This document shows, piece after piece, positions 1-8,905 of a stretch of DNA of 64,000 nucleotides (the stretch's first letter is position 1; each line of letters opens with the position of its first letter). The stretch lies in the NCBI GenBank assembly GCA_036170915.1, contig JAVHQC010000013.1, positions 1 through 64,000 on the forward strand. Direction: 5' to 3'. The position numbers were made by a program, and so were the translations under genes. Source of the stretch: Cyanobacteria bacterium auto_48_18 (lineage in GTDB: Bacteria > Cyanobacteriota > Vampirovibrionia > Obscuribacterales > Obscuribacteraceae). Under the pieces are notes generated by a model that was not told where the DNA came from, did not search any database, and saw only the letters and a program-made list of their open reading frames with translations.

Positions 1-194
1 ATGGGCAGCAGTGACGCCTCATGCACCTGGTTGTAATTGAGCACCATGCAGAGGCCGTACGAGACACCCATGCTGAGCATATCTAACAGTGGGAAGAAAA
101 AGCAGATCAGCAAAATCATCAAAGCAGGGCCGAATTCGGCCATAGAGTTGGCTCTGGCGTTGCGGCGCTTTGTGATTGTCCTCGGCTCAGGCAT
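1..194 (-). CDS. TadE/Flp-like pseudopilin, N-terminal part (runs off window start)
   Basis: Manual translation of the minus strand from ATG at 194: MPEPRTITKRRNARANSMAEFGPALMILLICFFFPLLDMLSMGVSY...; basic leader, then (G/A)xxxxEF and a hydrophobic helix, as in prepilin-like TadE proteins. Not in the ORF track because it is open at the edge. Confidence 0.65.
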   Translation of the reverse strand, partial: MPEPRTITKRRNARANSMAEFGPALMILLICFFFPLLDMLSMGVSYGLCMVLNYNQVHEASLLP

Positions 195-339
195 CTTTTT
201 TTCTTCTCCGTTTTCAACAGGCGGCTGTTGCGGTGATTGGCATGTTTAATATACGCATTTGGCGCTTCTTTTAGAGGTAATTTCGAGATTAGAATTGTTC
301 AGGGTATGATGGTTGGTGCAAACACATAGAAGGGCATTC

Positions 340-1962
340 ATGAGTGACTCAGGCGGCGAAGCAAATAAGCAAGAGCCAGAGCCAGTTCCACCGGCCGGGC
401 AAGCCGGTGGTGCGGAAGAATCACGCGGCAAGAAGCCAAGAAAAGTGGCTAAGACACTGCTTTTTAACACACCCGAAGGTGGAGAAAAAAGCGCCGCACA
501 AGTAAAGCTCGAAGAGGCGGTAAAGCAAGCGGCTGACCAAGAATCTAACAAAGAATCTGGTCAAGCGGCTGTGCAGCAAGTTGCGCCGGAGACAAGAGCC
601 GAGGCTGAGCCGGCTGTGCCGGCCATTGACGAAGAGCAACTGGCCGCACAAGCGCAAAAGCGGGCAGCCAGAAGAGTGGCTAAAACACTCTTGTTTAGCT
701 CCACCAATTTAGATGATCTACAGGCCAAAGCCGCCGCGGCTGCAAATGAAAAAGCAGCTCCAGCAATACCATCCGTATCGGCGCTGCCGGCGTCTCCAGA
801 AGTCAGCGCACCAGATCTAGCGATCCAAGCGCAAGCCGCTCGTGCACGCAAAAGAACACGCAAAATTGCCAAGACTTTGATGGAAAGTGATCTTGACAAT
901 TTCCCCGAAGAGAATTTAAGCCAACCAAAAGAGCCACCACAAATAGATTTTTCTATTTCGGCACCAGCTGCGGAGGCTCCTGCCGATGATGTTGTCAAAC
1001 TGGTTCCATCTGCCAAACCGATTAAGCGCGAGCGGCAGCAATTTGTAGCGAAGACAATGCTCGACCACAGCATTTTATGGGACACAGTCTCTAAATTTGA
1101 AGCGAAAATGGAAGTAAAAATCGCTGAACAGATTGCCGAACGCGCTGCAGAACCTGTAAAAATGCTGGTTCCCATCGAGTGCAAGAAGCAGGCCATGGCT
1201 TGCGGCTTTAAATGGGACGATACTGAAACCAAAGAGCGTTTTCGCTACTGTGCCTTATGCAAAACACCGGTCTATAATTTTGCCGGCTTAGAAATGCCTG
1301 AAGCTGAAGAGATCGTTTTCCAGCGGGAGAACAAGAAAAAATTCACGCTCTTCAAGCGACCAGACGGAAAGTTTATGACTGTCGATTGCCCTGTGGAGGT
1401 GAAGCGAAAGCGTGACACCATCTTGCTTTCGGTCGGCGGCGTAATGCTTGTGCTCTGTGCCCTGGCTTTCATGATTCTTATGCCGAAGCCGCCCAAACCT
1501 GAGCCTCAGACACAAGCCGTGCAGGCTCCTGTGCAACCTGGGCTGGCCACCGGCCCCGGCGAAAACCGCGGTACCAATTCTTCAAGCAAACACCCCACCA
1601 TACCTGCCACCGGCGCCACTGTGAATGATGGCTCGTTCCATATGGTCAATGGCCAGCGCGTCTATCCCACCGCCGGGACAGCCCCTGTTACTTTTCCTGC
1701 TCCGCAACAACCTGCTGTAACCAGTGACGCTGACGAGAGTGGCGACTTCTGGCAATATGACGGTCCGCCCAATGCTGCTCCACCAGTTCAACCTCAACCT
1801 GTTGAGGTGCCACCTGTACCAGTGCAACCTCAACAGCAAAATTCGAGTTTTGCGCCACAACAAGTGCAACAACAGTATCCGCAGCCAGCGACTGATGTAG
1901 CTGTACCAAAACCGACCAATGGCGCCCAGCTCAAACAGGCTGGAGAAACGCCCGCACCATAG
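340..1962 (+). CDS. Single-pass membrane protein: low-complexity N-terminus with 4 (V/I)AKT(L/M) repeats, Cys-rich domain, TM helix, Pro/Gln-rich tail
   Basis: Long ORF (ATG at 340). C-x3-W...RFRYCALC...VYN...DG...DCP motif, then hydrophobic TILLSVGGVMLVLCALAFMILM. Confidence 0.75.
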   Translation: MSDSGGEANKQEPEPVPPAGQAGGAEESRGKKPRKVAKTLLFNTPEGGEKSAAQVKLEEAVKQAADQESNKESGQAAVQQVAPETRAEAEPAVPAIDEEQLAAQAQKRAARRVAKTLLFSSTNLDDLQAKAAAAANEKAAPAIPSVSALPASPEVSAPDLAIQAQAARARKRTRKIAKTLMESDLDNFPEENLSQPKEPPQIDFSISAPAAEAPADDVVKLVPSAKPIKRERQQFVAKTMLDHSILWDTVSKFEAKMEVKIAEQIAERAAEPVKMLVPIECKKQAMACGFKWDDTETKERFRYCALCKTPVYNFAGLEMPEAEEIVFQRENKKKFTLFKRPDGKFMTVDCPVEVKRKRDTILLSVGGVMLVLCALAFMILMPKPPKPEPQTQAVQAPVQPGLATGPGENRGTNSSSKHPTIPATGATVNDGSFHMVNGQRVYPTAGTAPVTFPAPQQPAVTSDADESGDFWQYDGPPNAAPPVQPQPVEVPPVPVQPQQQNSSFAPQQVQQQYPQPATDVAVPKPTNGAQLKQAGETPAP

Positions 1963-1979
1963 GTTTAAAGCTTTTTGAG

Positions 1980-2288
1980 TTACTCGATGCGGAAGGTTGT
2001 GCGACCAACCTTTATTATGTCATTGGGTGACAGTTGCCATGGGGCGGAAATTAACTGGTCATTAACTGTTGTGCCATTGCTGCTCATCAGATCTTCCAGC
2101 CACCAGCGGCCCTGGTCCCAGTAGATTTTGGCGTGGTCAGCCGAGGCATAGCCGTCGTCGGGCAAAATTACTTCATTTTCGGGTGCCCGGCCAAGATTAA
2201 CCGTGGGGCCGGAGAGCATATAAGTTTCGTTGGTTTGTAGATTGACCAGTACCGGCAGGCGGCCTGTTTGCGGAGCATTGCTGGACAT
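1980..2288 (-). CDS. Stand-alone FHA domain protein
   Basis: LGRAPENEVIL...ASADHAKI...LEDLMSSNGTTVN...L..NDIIKVG matches the FHA signature (GR, SxxH, NGT). Confidence 0.92.
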   Translation of the reverse strand: MSSNAPQTGRLPVLVNLQTNETYMLSGPTVNLGRAPENEVILPDDGYASADHAKIYWDQGRWWLEDLMSSNGTTVNDQLISAPWQLSPNDIIKVGRTTFRIE

Positions 2289-2587
2289 ATGAACCCTACC
2301 CTACCTTCTAACAGCAGCTAACCGAAAACCCTTGAGGGACATCGTAAATCATCGTCATTGTAGATCATGCAAAATCAGCGCTCATTGTTCAAAATCGTAT
2401 CAAGAAATTAAAAGCATCGTTCTATCCCGGGAACCTAAATAGATATTTGAGCATCTCATTATTTATACAAGGCGCTGCAAATGCGACGGCTCTAAAGCAA
2501 AGAAATAGGAAGAACCGCAGTGGTTTCTCCTGACCTTTTTTAGCGTCTAGCCTTGCATGGTATCCATTAAATTTCTAGGAGGATGCT

Positions 2588-2788
2588 ATGAAAGCTGACG
2601 ACAGGGCCAACGAAGCCGCACTAATTTATAGCAATTGCTGTTTTGAAATGGGCAGAAGATTTCGCAAGCTCGGGCGCAAATATGCTGAGCAAGGCGAAAC
2701 CGAAAAGGCCGCGCAATTGAAAATCGAGGCCACAATACAGCTTGAAGCCTGGCGCAAAGCCAGGCGCGAAATGAAAAAGGTCGGATAG
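2588..2788 (+). CDS. Small helical hypothetical protein
   Basis: 66-aa ORF with a strong RBS (AGGAGG) upstream; weakly TPR-like segment LGRKYAEQGETEKA. Confidence 0.6.
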   Translation: MKADDRANEAALIYSNCCFEMGRRFRKLGRKYAEQGETEKAAQLKIEATIQLEAWRKARREMKKVG

Positions 2789-2802
2789 CTCTATCTCTAA
2801 AG

Positions 2803-3366
2803 TTAAAGCGTACCGTGCATTTCTCTAGCGAATTTTTTCTGCTGCAGTGAAGAAAGAGCATGTGTAGAACGAGCTTCTGACTGCCGCGTATGTTTAACTT
2901 TGCTGCTGGTGATAATCAGATTCTGACTGGTTCCACTGGCCACTGATTTAGCCATTAAATTTTGGCCAAGATGAGCCGTGGTAGCTGCGGCTAGAAGTAA
3001 TGCCATTGCTGCACAGATCATAGCCACCCGCCTCGCCGGTGGTGCCTGCATCGATGCAAGAAATAGTTGCGTCAGCAAGTAATTAGTGCCGCCTACTAAT
3101 GCAATAATGCCATTGCGCCCTTGCAAGCGGCGCAGCCCAGAAAGAGATCGGTGCGGCCCGTGGCTGGCGGTGTAAATGAAATTTTTGAGAATATAGGCTG
3201 GAGATTTAAATTCCAATGTCTGAATTTTATATCCGCGCGCTTGTTCTTCCAGTTGATACTGCCGCAGCATTCCTGACTTAGTGGTAATTGTCATTCTTTT
3301 TGCAAACCACTCCGCTTCTCTGTCTCTAAATTGATTTAGCTGTTGTTGATGGAATTGATCGCTCAT
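2803..3366 (-). CDS. Hypothetical membrane protein
   Basis: ATG at 3366 preceded by GGAGAG; hydrophobic segment VAMICAAMALLLAAATTA; no recognisable family. Confidence 0.45.
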   Translation of the reverse strand: MSDQFHQQQLNQFRDREAEWFAKRMTITTKSGMLRQYQLEEQARGYKIQTLEFKSPAYILKNFIYTASHGPHRSLSGLRRLQGRNGIIALVGGTNYLLTQLFLASMQAPPARRVAMICAAMALLLAAATTAHLGQNLMAKSVASGTSQNLIITSSKVKHTRQSEARSTHALSSLQQKKFAREMHGTL

Positions 3367-3536
3367 TTTTTCTCTCTCCAGCGTGATTAGAGTGAATGCA
3401 TCATACATTTGCCGGGTGGGCAAATTATGCTGGCCAAGCCTTGAATGCGCGCGCAGGGAAGCCTCAGGCTGATTAAGGCAGTTTCGCTTATCAGTCTGTG
3501 GAAATTTAAGGGAAAACTTCAATACTGCTGGTGGTG

Positions 3537-5474
3537 CTACTCGTTCATCAGCTCGGCATCTGAAATTGCGTCTGCTCGTGCAAAAACTTTTGTTGCTTCA
3601 TCTGTTTTATTGGTTTGCGAAAGTAGGGAAGCATAGCTATTTAATGCCTGATACAAAAGCGATTTATCTTGAGGCACAGCGGCCTCGGCAATTTGCACTG
3701 CCTGCTTCAGCTCTGTAGTGGCAGCCTCATATCGATTTTCATCACGGTCTAGCTGTCCCATTTTGATCAGAGCTAAGAGTTGTTTGCGCTGATATTGTTT
3801 GCCAGGAAGTTTTTGGTAAATGGCTATGGATTCAGTTACTAGCGGCCGAGCTAGCGGCAAGCGTTGTTGTCTCGAGTAACACTCGGCCAACAACATATTG
3901 AGACCCGCGACTTGCGCATCGTTGGTTCCAAGCAAGTTTTTGTAAATTTCTCTCGCCTTAACCAGCAATGCTTCCGCATGCTTGTCAAGGGCGGCACCAG
4001 CCAGACCGCGGCTAACATGGTCAATGGTGGTAAAAGTTATCGGCGCTAAAATGCGCTTGACACTTGTTTGCGATGGCGAGGCTGGCTTTGCCATCTGGTC
4101 TAATTCTTTTATTAGAGCATCATATGAATCGAGCAAAATCTGCGAGTTAAGCCTGGCAATTTTTTCGTTGGTAGCCTCAAGCTCATCAAACATTTTTGCT
4201 TCTGTATACAGATCGCGTTGCATGCGCAGAGCAGTCATCAGGCGACCACGATTGCTAAATTTTTTTCGAGCGGTGTCTTCCACGTTCAGCAAAACTGAGC
4301 GAGCTGGGTCAAATAAGTGATTGTCTATTAGTGTTTGAGCGATAGTAGTCTGCGAGTTCCAGATCGTTTTGGCTAACACTGTGCCGTGGTCTGGATCAGG
4401 CCCGTTGTCGACAGACATATAGGCAATAAATGCGGCCACCACAACAAAAAGCGACCAGAATGCCTGGCGCAAGAACTTGACTTCTTGCTTTTGCCTGGTA
4501 GGATGCTGCACCGGTTTGACTTTGACTGAACCTGAAACCGGTTGAATGGTGGGCATCTCTTGAAGCAATTCGGCAACAGATTGATAGCGATCTTCAGGCT
4601 TTTTTTCCAGGCAACGAAAAATTAGCGCTTCTAGATTTTTATTGATGTTGAGTTCAGGCGCCACTTTATTAAAAGCAGGCGGTGTCTGGCTAACATGCAT
4701 GGTCATGGTGTCGTAGGCGGTATCGCCGCGCAGTGGTGGCACACCGGTTAATGTCTCGTACATGACGCAACCAAAAGAATAAATGTCAGAGCGATTGTCT
4801 AGTGGTTTGGCCTGGCATTGTTCAGGGCTCATGTACAGCGGGCTGCCGAAGATGTCGCCCGTTTGAGTTAAACGCGTTTGCTGCTGGCCGGCGTTTGGTA
4901 AAAGTTTGGCTATGCCGAAGTCGACAATTTTGACCAGCTCACTACCGTCTTCACCTTTTACCAGCACCAGATTGCTTGGCTTCATATCACGGTGCAAAAT
5001 GCCGTTTTTGTGCGCATGTTCAAGACCCATGCAAGTCTGTCGAAATATGTTTACTGCGCGATCAACAGTGAGGTGATGAATATCTTCCAAAATCTCGTTT
5101 AAATTCTGACCTTCAAGACAGTCCATTACCAGATAGGCTTGATCACCGACAATGCCAAAATCATAAATGCTGATGATATTTTGATGCTTGAGTGCGCTGG
5201 ATGATTTTGCCTCGTGCTTAAAACGTTCAATGGCGAGCTTGTCCGAGTCATCGTGCAACAGTTTGATAGCGACTACGCGATCCATGAGCCGATGTCGGGC
5301 TCGATAAACAACGCTCATGCCTCCTGCGCCCAATACAGAAAGAATCTCATATTGGTCAGCAAAAACTTGACCGATCATGGGATCGACTTTTTCATGCTCA
5401 AGCTCATGGCCATCGTCAGGGCATTTCGACCAAAGGGTCTCAAACTTCTGTTTGCAATGGGGGCAATATTTCAT
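3537..5474 (-). CDS. Ser/Thr protein kinase with N-terminal Zn-ribbon, TM helix and C-terminal TPR-like ectodomain
   Basis: CPHC...CPDDG; LGAGGMSVVY, VAIK, HRDMKPSN, DFG, GSPLYMSPE; TM AFWSLFVVVAAFIAYMSV; helical repeats. Confidence 0.93.
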   Translation of the reverse strand: MKYCPHCKQKFETLWSKCPDDGHELEHEKVDPMIGQVFADQYEILSVLGAGGMSVVYRARHRLMDRVVAIKLLHDDSDKLAIERFKHEAKSSSALKHQNIISIYDFGIVGDQAYLVMDCLEGQNLNEILEDIHHLTVDRAVNIFRQTCMGLEHAHKNGILHRDMKPSNLVLVKGEDGSELVKIVDFGIAKLLPNAGQQQTRLTQTGDIFGSPLYMSPEQCQAKPLDNRSDIYSFGCVMYETLTGVPPLRGDTAYDTMTMHVSQTPPAFNKVAPELNINKNLEALIFRCLEKKPEDRYQSVAELLQEMPTIQPVSGSVKVKPVQHPTRQKQEVKFLRQAFWSLFVVVAAFIAYMSVDNGPDPDHGTVLAKTIWNSQTTIAQTLIDNHLFDPARSVLLNVEDTARKKFSNRGRLMTALRMQRDLYTEAKMFDELEATNEKIARLNSQILLDSYDALIKELDQMAKPASPSQTSVKRILAPITFTTIDHVSRGLAGAALDKHAEALLVKAREIYKNLLGTNDAQVAGLNMLLAECYSRQQRLPLARPLVTESIAIYQKLPGKQYQRKQLLALIKMGQLDRDENRYEAATTELKQAVQIAEAAVPQDKSLLYQALNSYASLLSQTNKTDEATKVFARADAISDAELMNE

Positions 5475-5489
5475 ACTTAGAACAGTTTA

Positions 5490-6194
5490 TCAGGGTTGGG
5501 CTATCCGCTCCTGACTAATATCAATTGCCAGGTCATTTTCGATCATCTCGTTGATCAGTTCGATTACTCCCAGGCCCCTTTCGCTTTCAGTAACCATCGT
5601 GGCAGTTTCTTTTATTGAAGGGATAGCATTACGTACTGCTACTGCAAAACCGCAAGCTTTGAGAAATGTGTGATCGTTTTCAGCGTCACCCACGCCGACT
5701 ACTGATTCAAATGTCAAATTTAGTTTTTCAAGAGCTGCTTTGAGGCCGGTACTTTTATTGACGCCGGAAGGCAAAATCATGATTGCCCCTTTATTAAAGA
5801 TCATTTCCAGCTCAAGTCCAAGCTCTCTAATGGCTGTCAAAACCGTCATCTCATGCGGCTCCCATGTGGCAACAATGCCGCGGCCGACTGAAATGGGCTG
5901 CACACCTCGAGCTGTTATAGCAGCCACAAAAGTTTCAGACGGTGCCTCCGTCAGTGGTGTCTCGCCATTGACACTGGGGTCATATAGAACAGCACCGTTT
6001 TCAGCCACAATCATATCGAAGATTGCGTATTGCGGAAAAGCATCGAAAAGGTCTTTCATTTCTCGACCGGTTACCAAAATCACTTTTCTGCCTGAGGCTT
6101 TTAGAGCTTTTAAAGCCTCAATAACTTCTGGTTGAACGTAACCTTTAGTGGCCAGGGTGCCGTCATAATCAGTTGCCAGGGCCATGTACCGCAT
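5490..6194 (-). CDS. HAD-superfamily (Cof/IIB-like) phosphatase
   Basis: DYDGTL motif I, VTGR motif II, ENGA, NK...GDAEND motifs III/IV. Confidence 0.92.
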   Translation of the reverse strand: MRYMALATDYDGTLATKGYVQPEVIEALKALKASGRKVILVTGREMKDLFDAFPQYAIFDMIVAENGAVLYDPSVNGETPLTEAPSETFVAAITARGVQPISVGRGIVATWEPHEMTVLTAIRELGLELEMIFNKGAIMILPSGVNKSTGLKAALEKLNLTFESVVGVGDAENDHTFLKACGFAVAVRNAIPSIKETATMVTESERGLGVIELINEMIENDLAIDISQERIAQP

Positions 6195-6231
6195 ATAAGC
6201 TCCACTAAAGGTCTTTGGTCAGGCTTAGAGT

Positions 6232-6256
6232 GACGGGGCTGAGGCCCGCCGGTTCC
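6232..6256 (-). promoter_or_regulatory. Putative ECF-sigma promoter GGAAC-N16-CGTC for the HAD gene
   Basis: Minus strand GGAAC cggcgggcctcagccc CGTC, about 38 nt upstream of the ATG at 6194; the motif recurs at five other upstream sites. Confidence 0.6.
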
Positions 6257-6350
6257 CATCTGAAAAGGTGAATACTATAATGTGCTGCAACTTTACCAGC
6301 ATTTGTACGTCACTGAAGCCAAATTTGAGTTTGTTCTGGAGTGTGCCGCC

Positions 6351-7121
6351 TTGATCGACGACAATGCTAATGTTGATTCTAAATTAGATGACATAAAACA
6401 AGATCATGGTCCTGTTTTAGCCATAGACATCGGCGGCATGAGTTTTAAAATTCTTGCCAGTGGCGAAATTGAACCTCGCAGCGGCGAGACCGGCAAGCGA
6501 TTTACACCTGTGGAGCTGGTGGAACGTGTCAAAGCTCTCAGTGAAGACTGGCATTATGACTGCATTACCATTGGCGTGCCCGGACCTGTTGGTCATGGGG
6601 GGCCGTCTAGTGAGCCCCATAATTTAGGCTCTGGCTGGATTGGTTTTAATTTTGTGGAAGCTTTTGGTAAGCCCGTTAAAATTTTGAACGATGCTGTGAT
6701 GCAGGCGCTTGGAAGTTACGAAGGTGGCCGCATGCTTTTTCTCGGTTTTGGCACCGGCATTGGTGCGGCATTTATTGGCCCGCGCGTGGTACTACCCCTG
6801 GAGCTCGGTGGTTTGCACTACAGTAAGAAACGCACTCTGGGTGACATGCTGGGGCAGCAAGGTCTGGAGCGCCTGGGTAAGAAAAAGTGGAATGCCGCTG
6901 TTAATGCTACTGCAGAGAATCTTACTCGTGTGTTTCGCGCCGATTATGTCGTTATTGGTGGTGGCAATGCCGCCAGAGCCAGTGGGCTTTCGCATGGCAT
7001 ACGTAAGGGCCATAATCACGCGGCCTTTCGCGGTGGCTTCAGAGCCTGGGCCATGGACGGTCTTTCAGAACAAACTGTAGATCGCGCCGATTTGCAAAAA
7101 CCAGGTTGGCATGTTGTGTAG
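6351..7121 (+). CDS. ROK-family sugar kinase (polyphosphate glucokinase-like)
   Basis: AIDIGG, GVPGPV, NDAVMQALG, LGFGTGIG, ELG, VVIGGGNA motifs; start at TTG 6351 after GGAG is tentative. Confidence 0.85.
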   Translation: MIDDNANVDSKLDDIKQDHGPVLAIDIGGMSFKILASGEIEPRSGETGKRFTPVELVERVKALSEDWHYDCITIGVPGPVGHGGPSSEPHNLGSGWIGFNFVEAFGKPVKILNDAVMQALGSYEGGRMLFLGFGTGIGAAFIGPRVVLPLELGGLHYSKKRTLGDMLGQQGLERLGKKKWNAAVNATAENLTRVFRADYVVIGGGNAARASGLSHGIRKGHNHAAFRGGFRAWAMDGLSEQTVDRADLQKPGWHVV

Positions 7122-7131
7122 GTTTAGAATA

Positions 7132-7710
7132 ATGGTGAAGCCACTCATTCTTATATTGTGCAGCGTGATCTGCGGCGTCAGTTTTTCTGAAGCAGCATTG
7201 GCTGATGATACTTTTAACCCTGAGGCCCGTCCATATGTTGTGCAATTGCCAGACGGCTGGGAAGTAAGCGAGTTAAAAGCACCCCGGCCGTACAGTGGTC
7301 GAGCAATTGCTGGTGGCCGCCTGCGTGCGCTTAAAAAAGAAAGTGATGGTGCTGTAGTTATTGAACTGACTTATATGTCTAAGCCGGACACTGGTGAACC
7401 ACCAGACTTGAGCAATGAATTTGGCCATTTCGTCACCACCATTAAAAGCGAGTACGAAGCAAAAGGTTTAAAGGTCGTCGTAACAGAGCCCAAAAAAACA
7501 AGTCTCAGTCTATTGCCCGCAGAAGAAGCGGAAGTAACAGTATCAGGAGCAGGAGCCGAAGCTGGAGCTAAGCAAGACTTGCGTCAATGGTTTGCTATGG
7601 CCATGGGCAAAAATTATGTGTACGCCCTCAGCTTCACAGGGCAAAAAGCATACTACGATAAATTTCAACCGCTGTTTGAAAAATGCAGACTGAGCCTCAA
7701 AGTAGAATAA
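7132..7710 (+). CDS. Secreted PsbP/DcrB-like fold protein
   Basis: Signal peptide ending ALA; YVVQLPDGW start and YVYALSFT...F...F...SLK end are typical of the Mog1/PsbP-like fold. Confidence 0.6.
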   Translation: MVKPLILILCSVICGVSFSEAALADDTFNPEARPYVVQLPDGWEVSELKAPRPYSGRAIAGGRLRALKKESDGAVVIELTYMSKPDTGEPPDLSNEFGHFVTTIKSEYEAKGLKVVVTEPKKTSLSLLPAEEAEVTVSGAGAEAGAKQDLRQWFAMAMGKNYVYALSFTGQKAYYDKFQPLFEKCRLSLKVE

Positions 7711-7720
7711 TATTTTTCAA

Positions 7721-8743
7721 TTAGCTCGACTTAGAGAGCGACTTTTGTCTCATCACCTGAGCGGCAATCTCATAAGAGCGCAAACGGTCTTGATGGTCAT
7801 ACAGGTCTGAGACAAACATAAATTCATCGGCTTGAGTTGCTTCTTGTAAGCGCTCAAGCCGCGCTCTTATTGTGTCGGCACCGCCAATGATGGCAACAGC
7901 CATTCTACTTTCCACCGCCGCTTTCTCATATGACGACCAGAGAAGATCCATATTTTCGACTGGTGGCCGCAACTTCATGTTGTGCCCGCGAATCAAATTT
8001 AGACCTCGCTGCATGGGGGTGGTAGCCAAATATTTTGCTTGCTGGTCGTCAGCGGCAGCCACTAGTGGCACACCAACTATGGCGTAAGGTTTGGTCAAAT
8101 TCGCCGAAGGTCTGAAGCGCGCTCGATAAATTTTAAGTGCAGGCAATAATTCTTCAGGGGCAAAATGGCTGGCAAAAGCAAAAGGCAGGCCTTCTTCGGC
8201 AGCTAATCTGGCGCTGAAATCACTGGAGCCTAAAAGCCAGATTGGCACATTTAAGCCGCTGCCCGGGTAAGCCTTTACTTTCTGCTCTGCTGTGGGTGGG
8301 CCAAAATAGCGTTGCAGTTCGGCCAAGAGTTCTGGAAAATCGTGACCAGTGGTTTCTAGATGCCGGCGCAGGGCGAAAGACGTGGCTGGGTTTGTACCAG
8401 GAGCGCGGCCCAGGCCTAAGTCTATGCGACCAGGATAGAGCGATTCAAGGGTGCCGAATTGCTCGGCAATCACCAGAGGCGCGTGATTAGGCAACATAAT
8501 GCCGCCAGAGCCAACGCGAATAGTGCTGGTGCCGCCGGCAATATATCCAATCAGCACTGCTGTAGCGGCGCTGGCGATGCCAGGCATGTTGTGGTGTTCT
8601 GCCAACCAGAATCGCTTATAACCCCATCCTTCCGCTTGCCTGGCCAGGTCAAGGGAGTGATGCATGGCATCGGCAGGGGTCTGATCGTCACGCACTGGCG
8701 CTAAATCAAGTACTGAGTATGCGGTATTGGTTAAATTGTTCAT
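7721..8743 (-). CDS. LLM-class (luciferase-like) flavin-dependent monooxygenase
   Basis: [50 protein letters not shown]. Confidence 0.95.
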   Translation of the reverse strand: MNNLTNTAYSVLDLAPVRDDQTPADAMHHSLDLARQAEGWGYKRFWLAEHHNMPGIASAATAVLIGYIAGGTSTIRVGSGGIMLPNHAPLVIAEQFGTLESLYPGRIDLGLGRAPGTNPATSFALRRHLETTGHDFPELLAELQRYFGPPTAEQKVKAYPGSGLNVPIWLLGSSDFSARLAAEEGLPFAFASHFAPEELLPALKIYRARFRPSANLTKPYAIVGVPLVAAADDQQAKYLATTPMQRGLNLIRGHNMKLRPPVENMDLLWSSYEKAAVESRMAVAIIGGADTIRARLERLQEATQADEFMFVSDLYDHQDRLRSYEIAAQVMRQKSLSKSS

Positions 8744-8905
8744 TTCTCTATAATACAACACTAATAGACCGGTCGAATGATTTTGTGTCCAGGGCTGTTA
8801 AATTCGTCCACATGTCTTAGCCAGTCAAAGAGTGATTGAACCGCTGCGCGCAAAGCGATAACATTGCTGTTTAATTATCAGTCTAAATTATGAGCATAGC
8901 CAAGC

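Noticed and set aside
37..551. ORFs 37-249 (+) and 246-551 (-)
   Set aside because: Antisense shadows of the TadE-like gene and of ORF 340-1962; no motifs.
3367..3522. N-terminal extension of ORF 2803-3522
   Set aside because: A better RBS and ATG occur at 3366; the extension looks non-coding.
5490..6194. HAD gene as a possible truncated HAD-ATPase fusion
   Set aside because: All HAD motifs are complete with a clean stop; no remnant of a further domain was seen.
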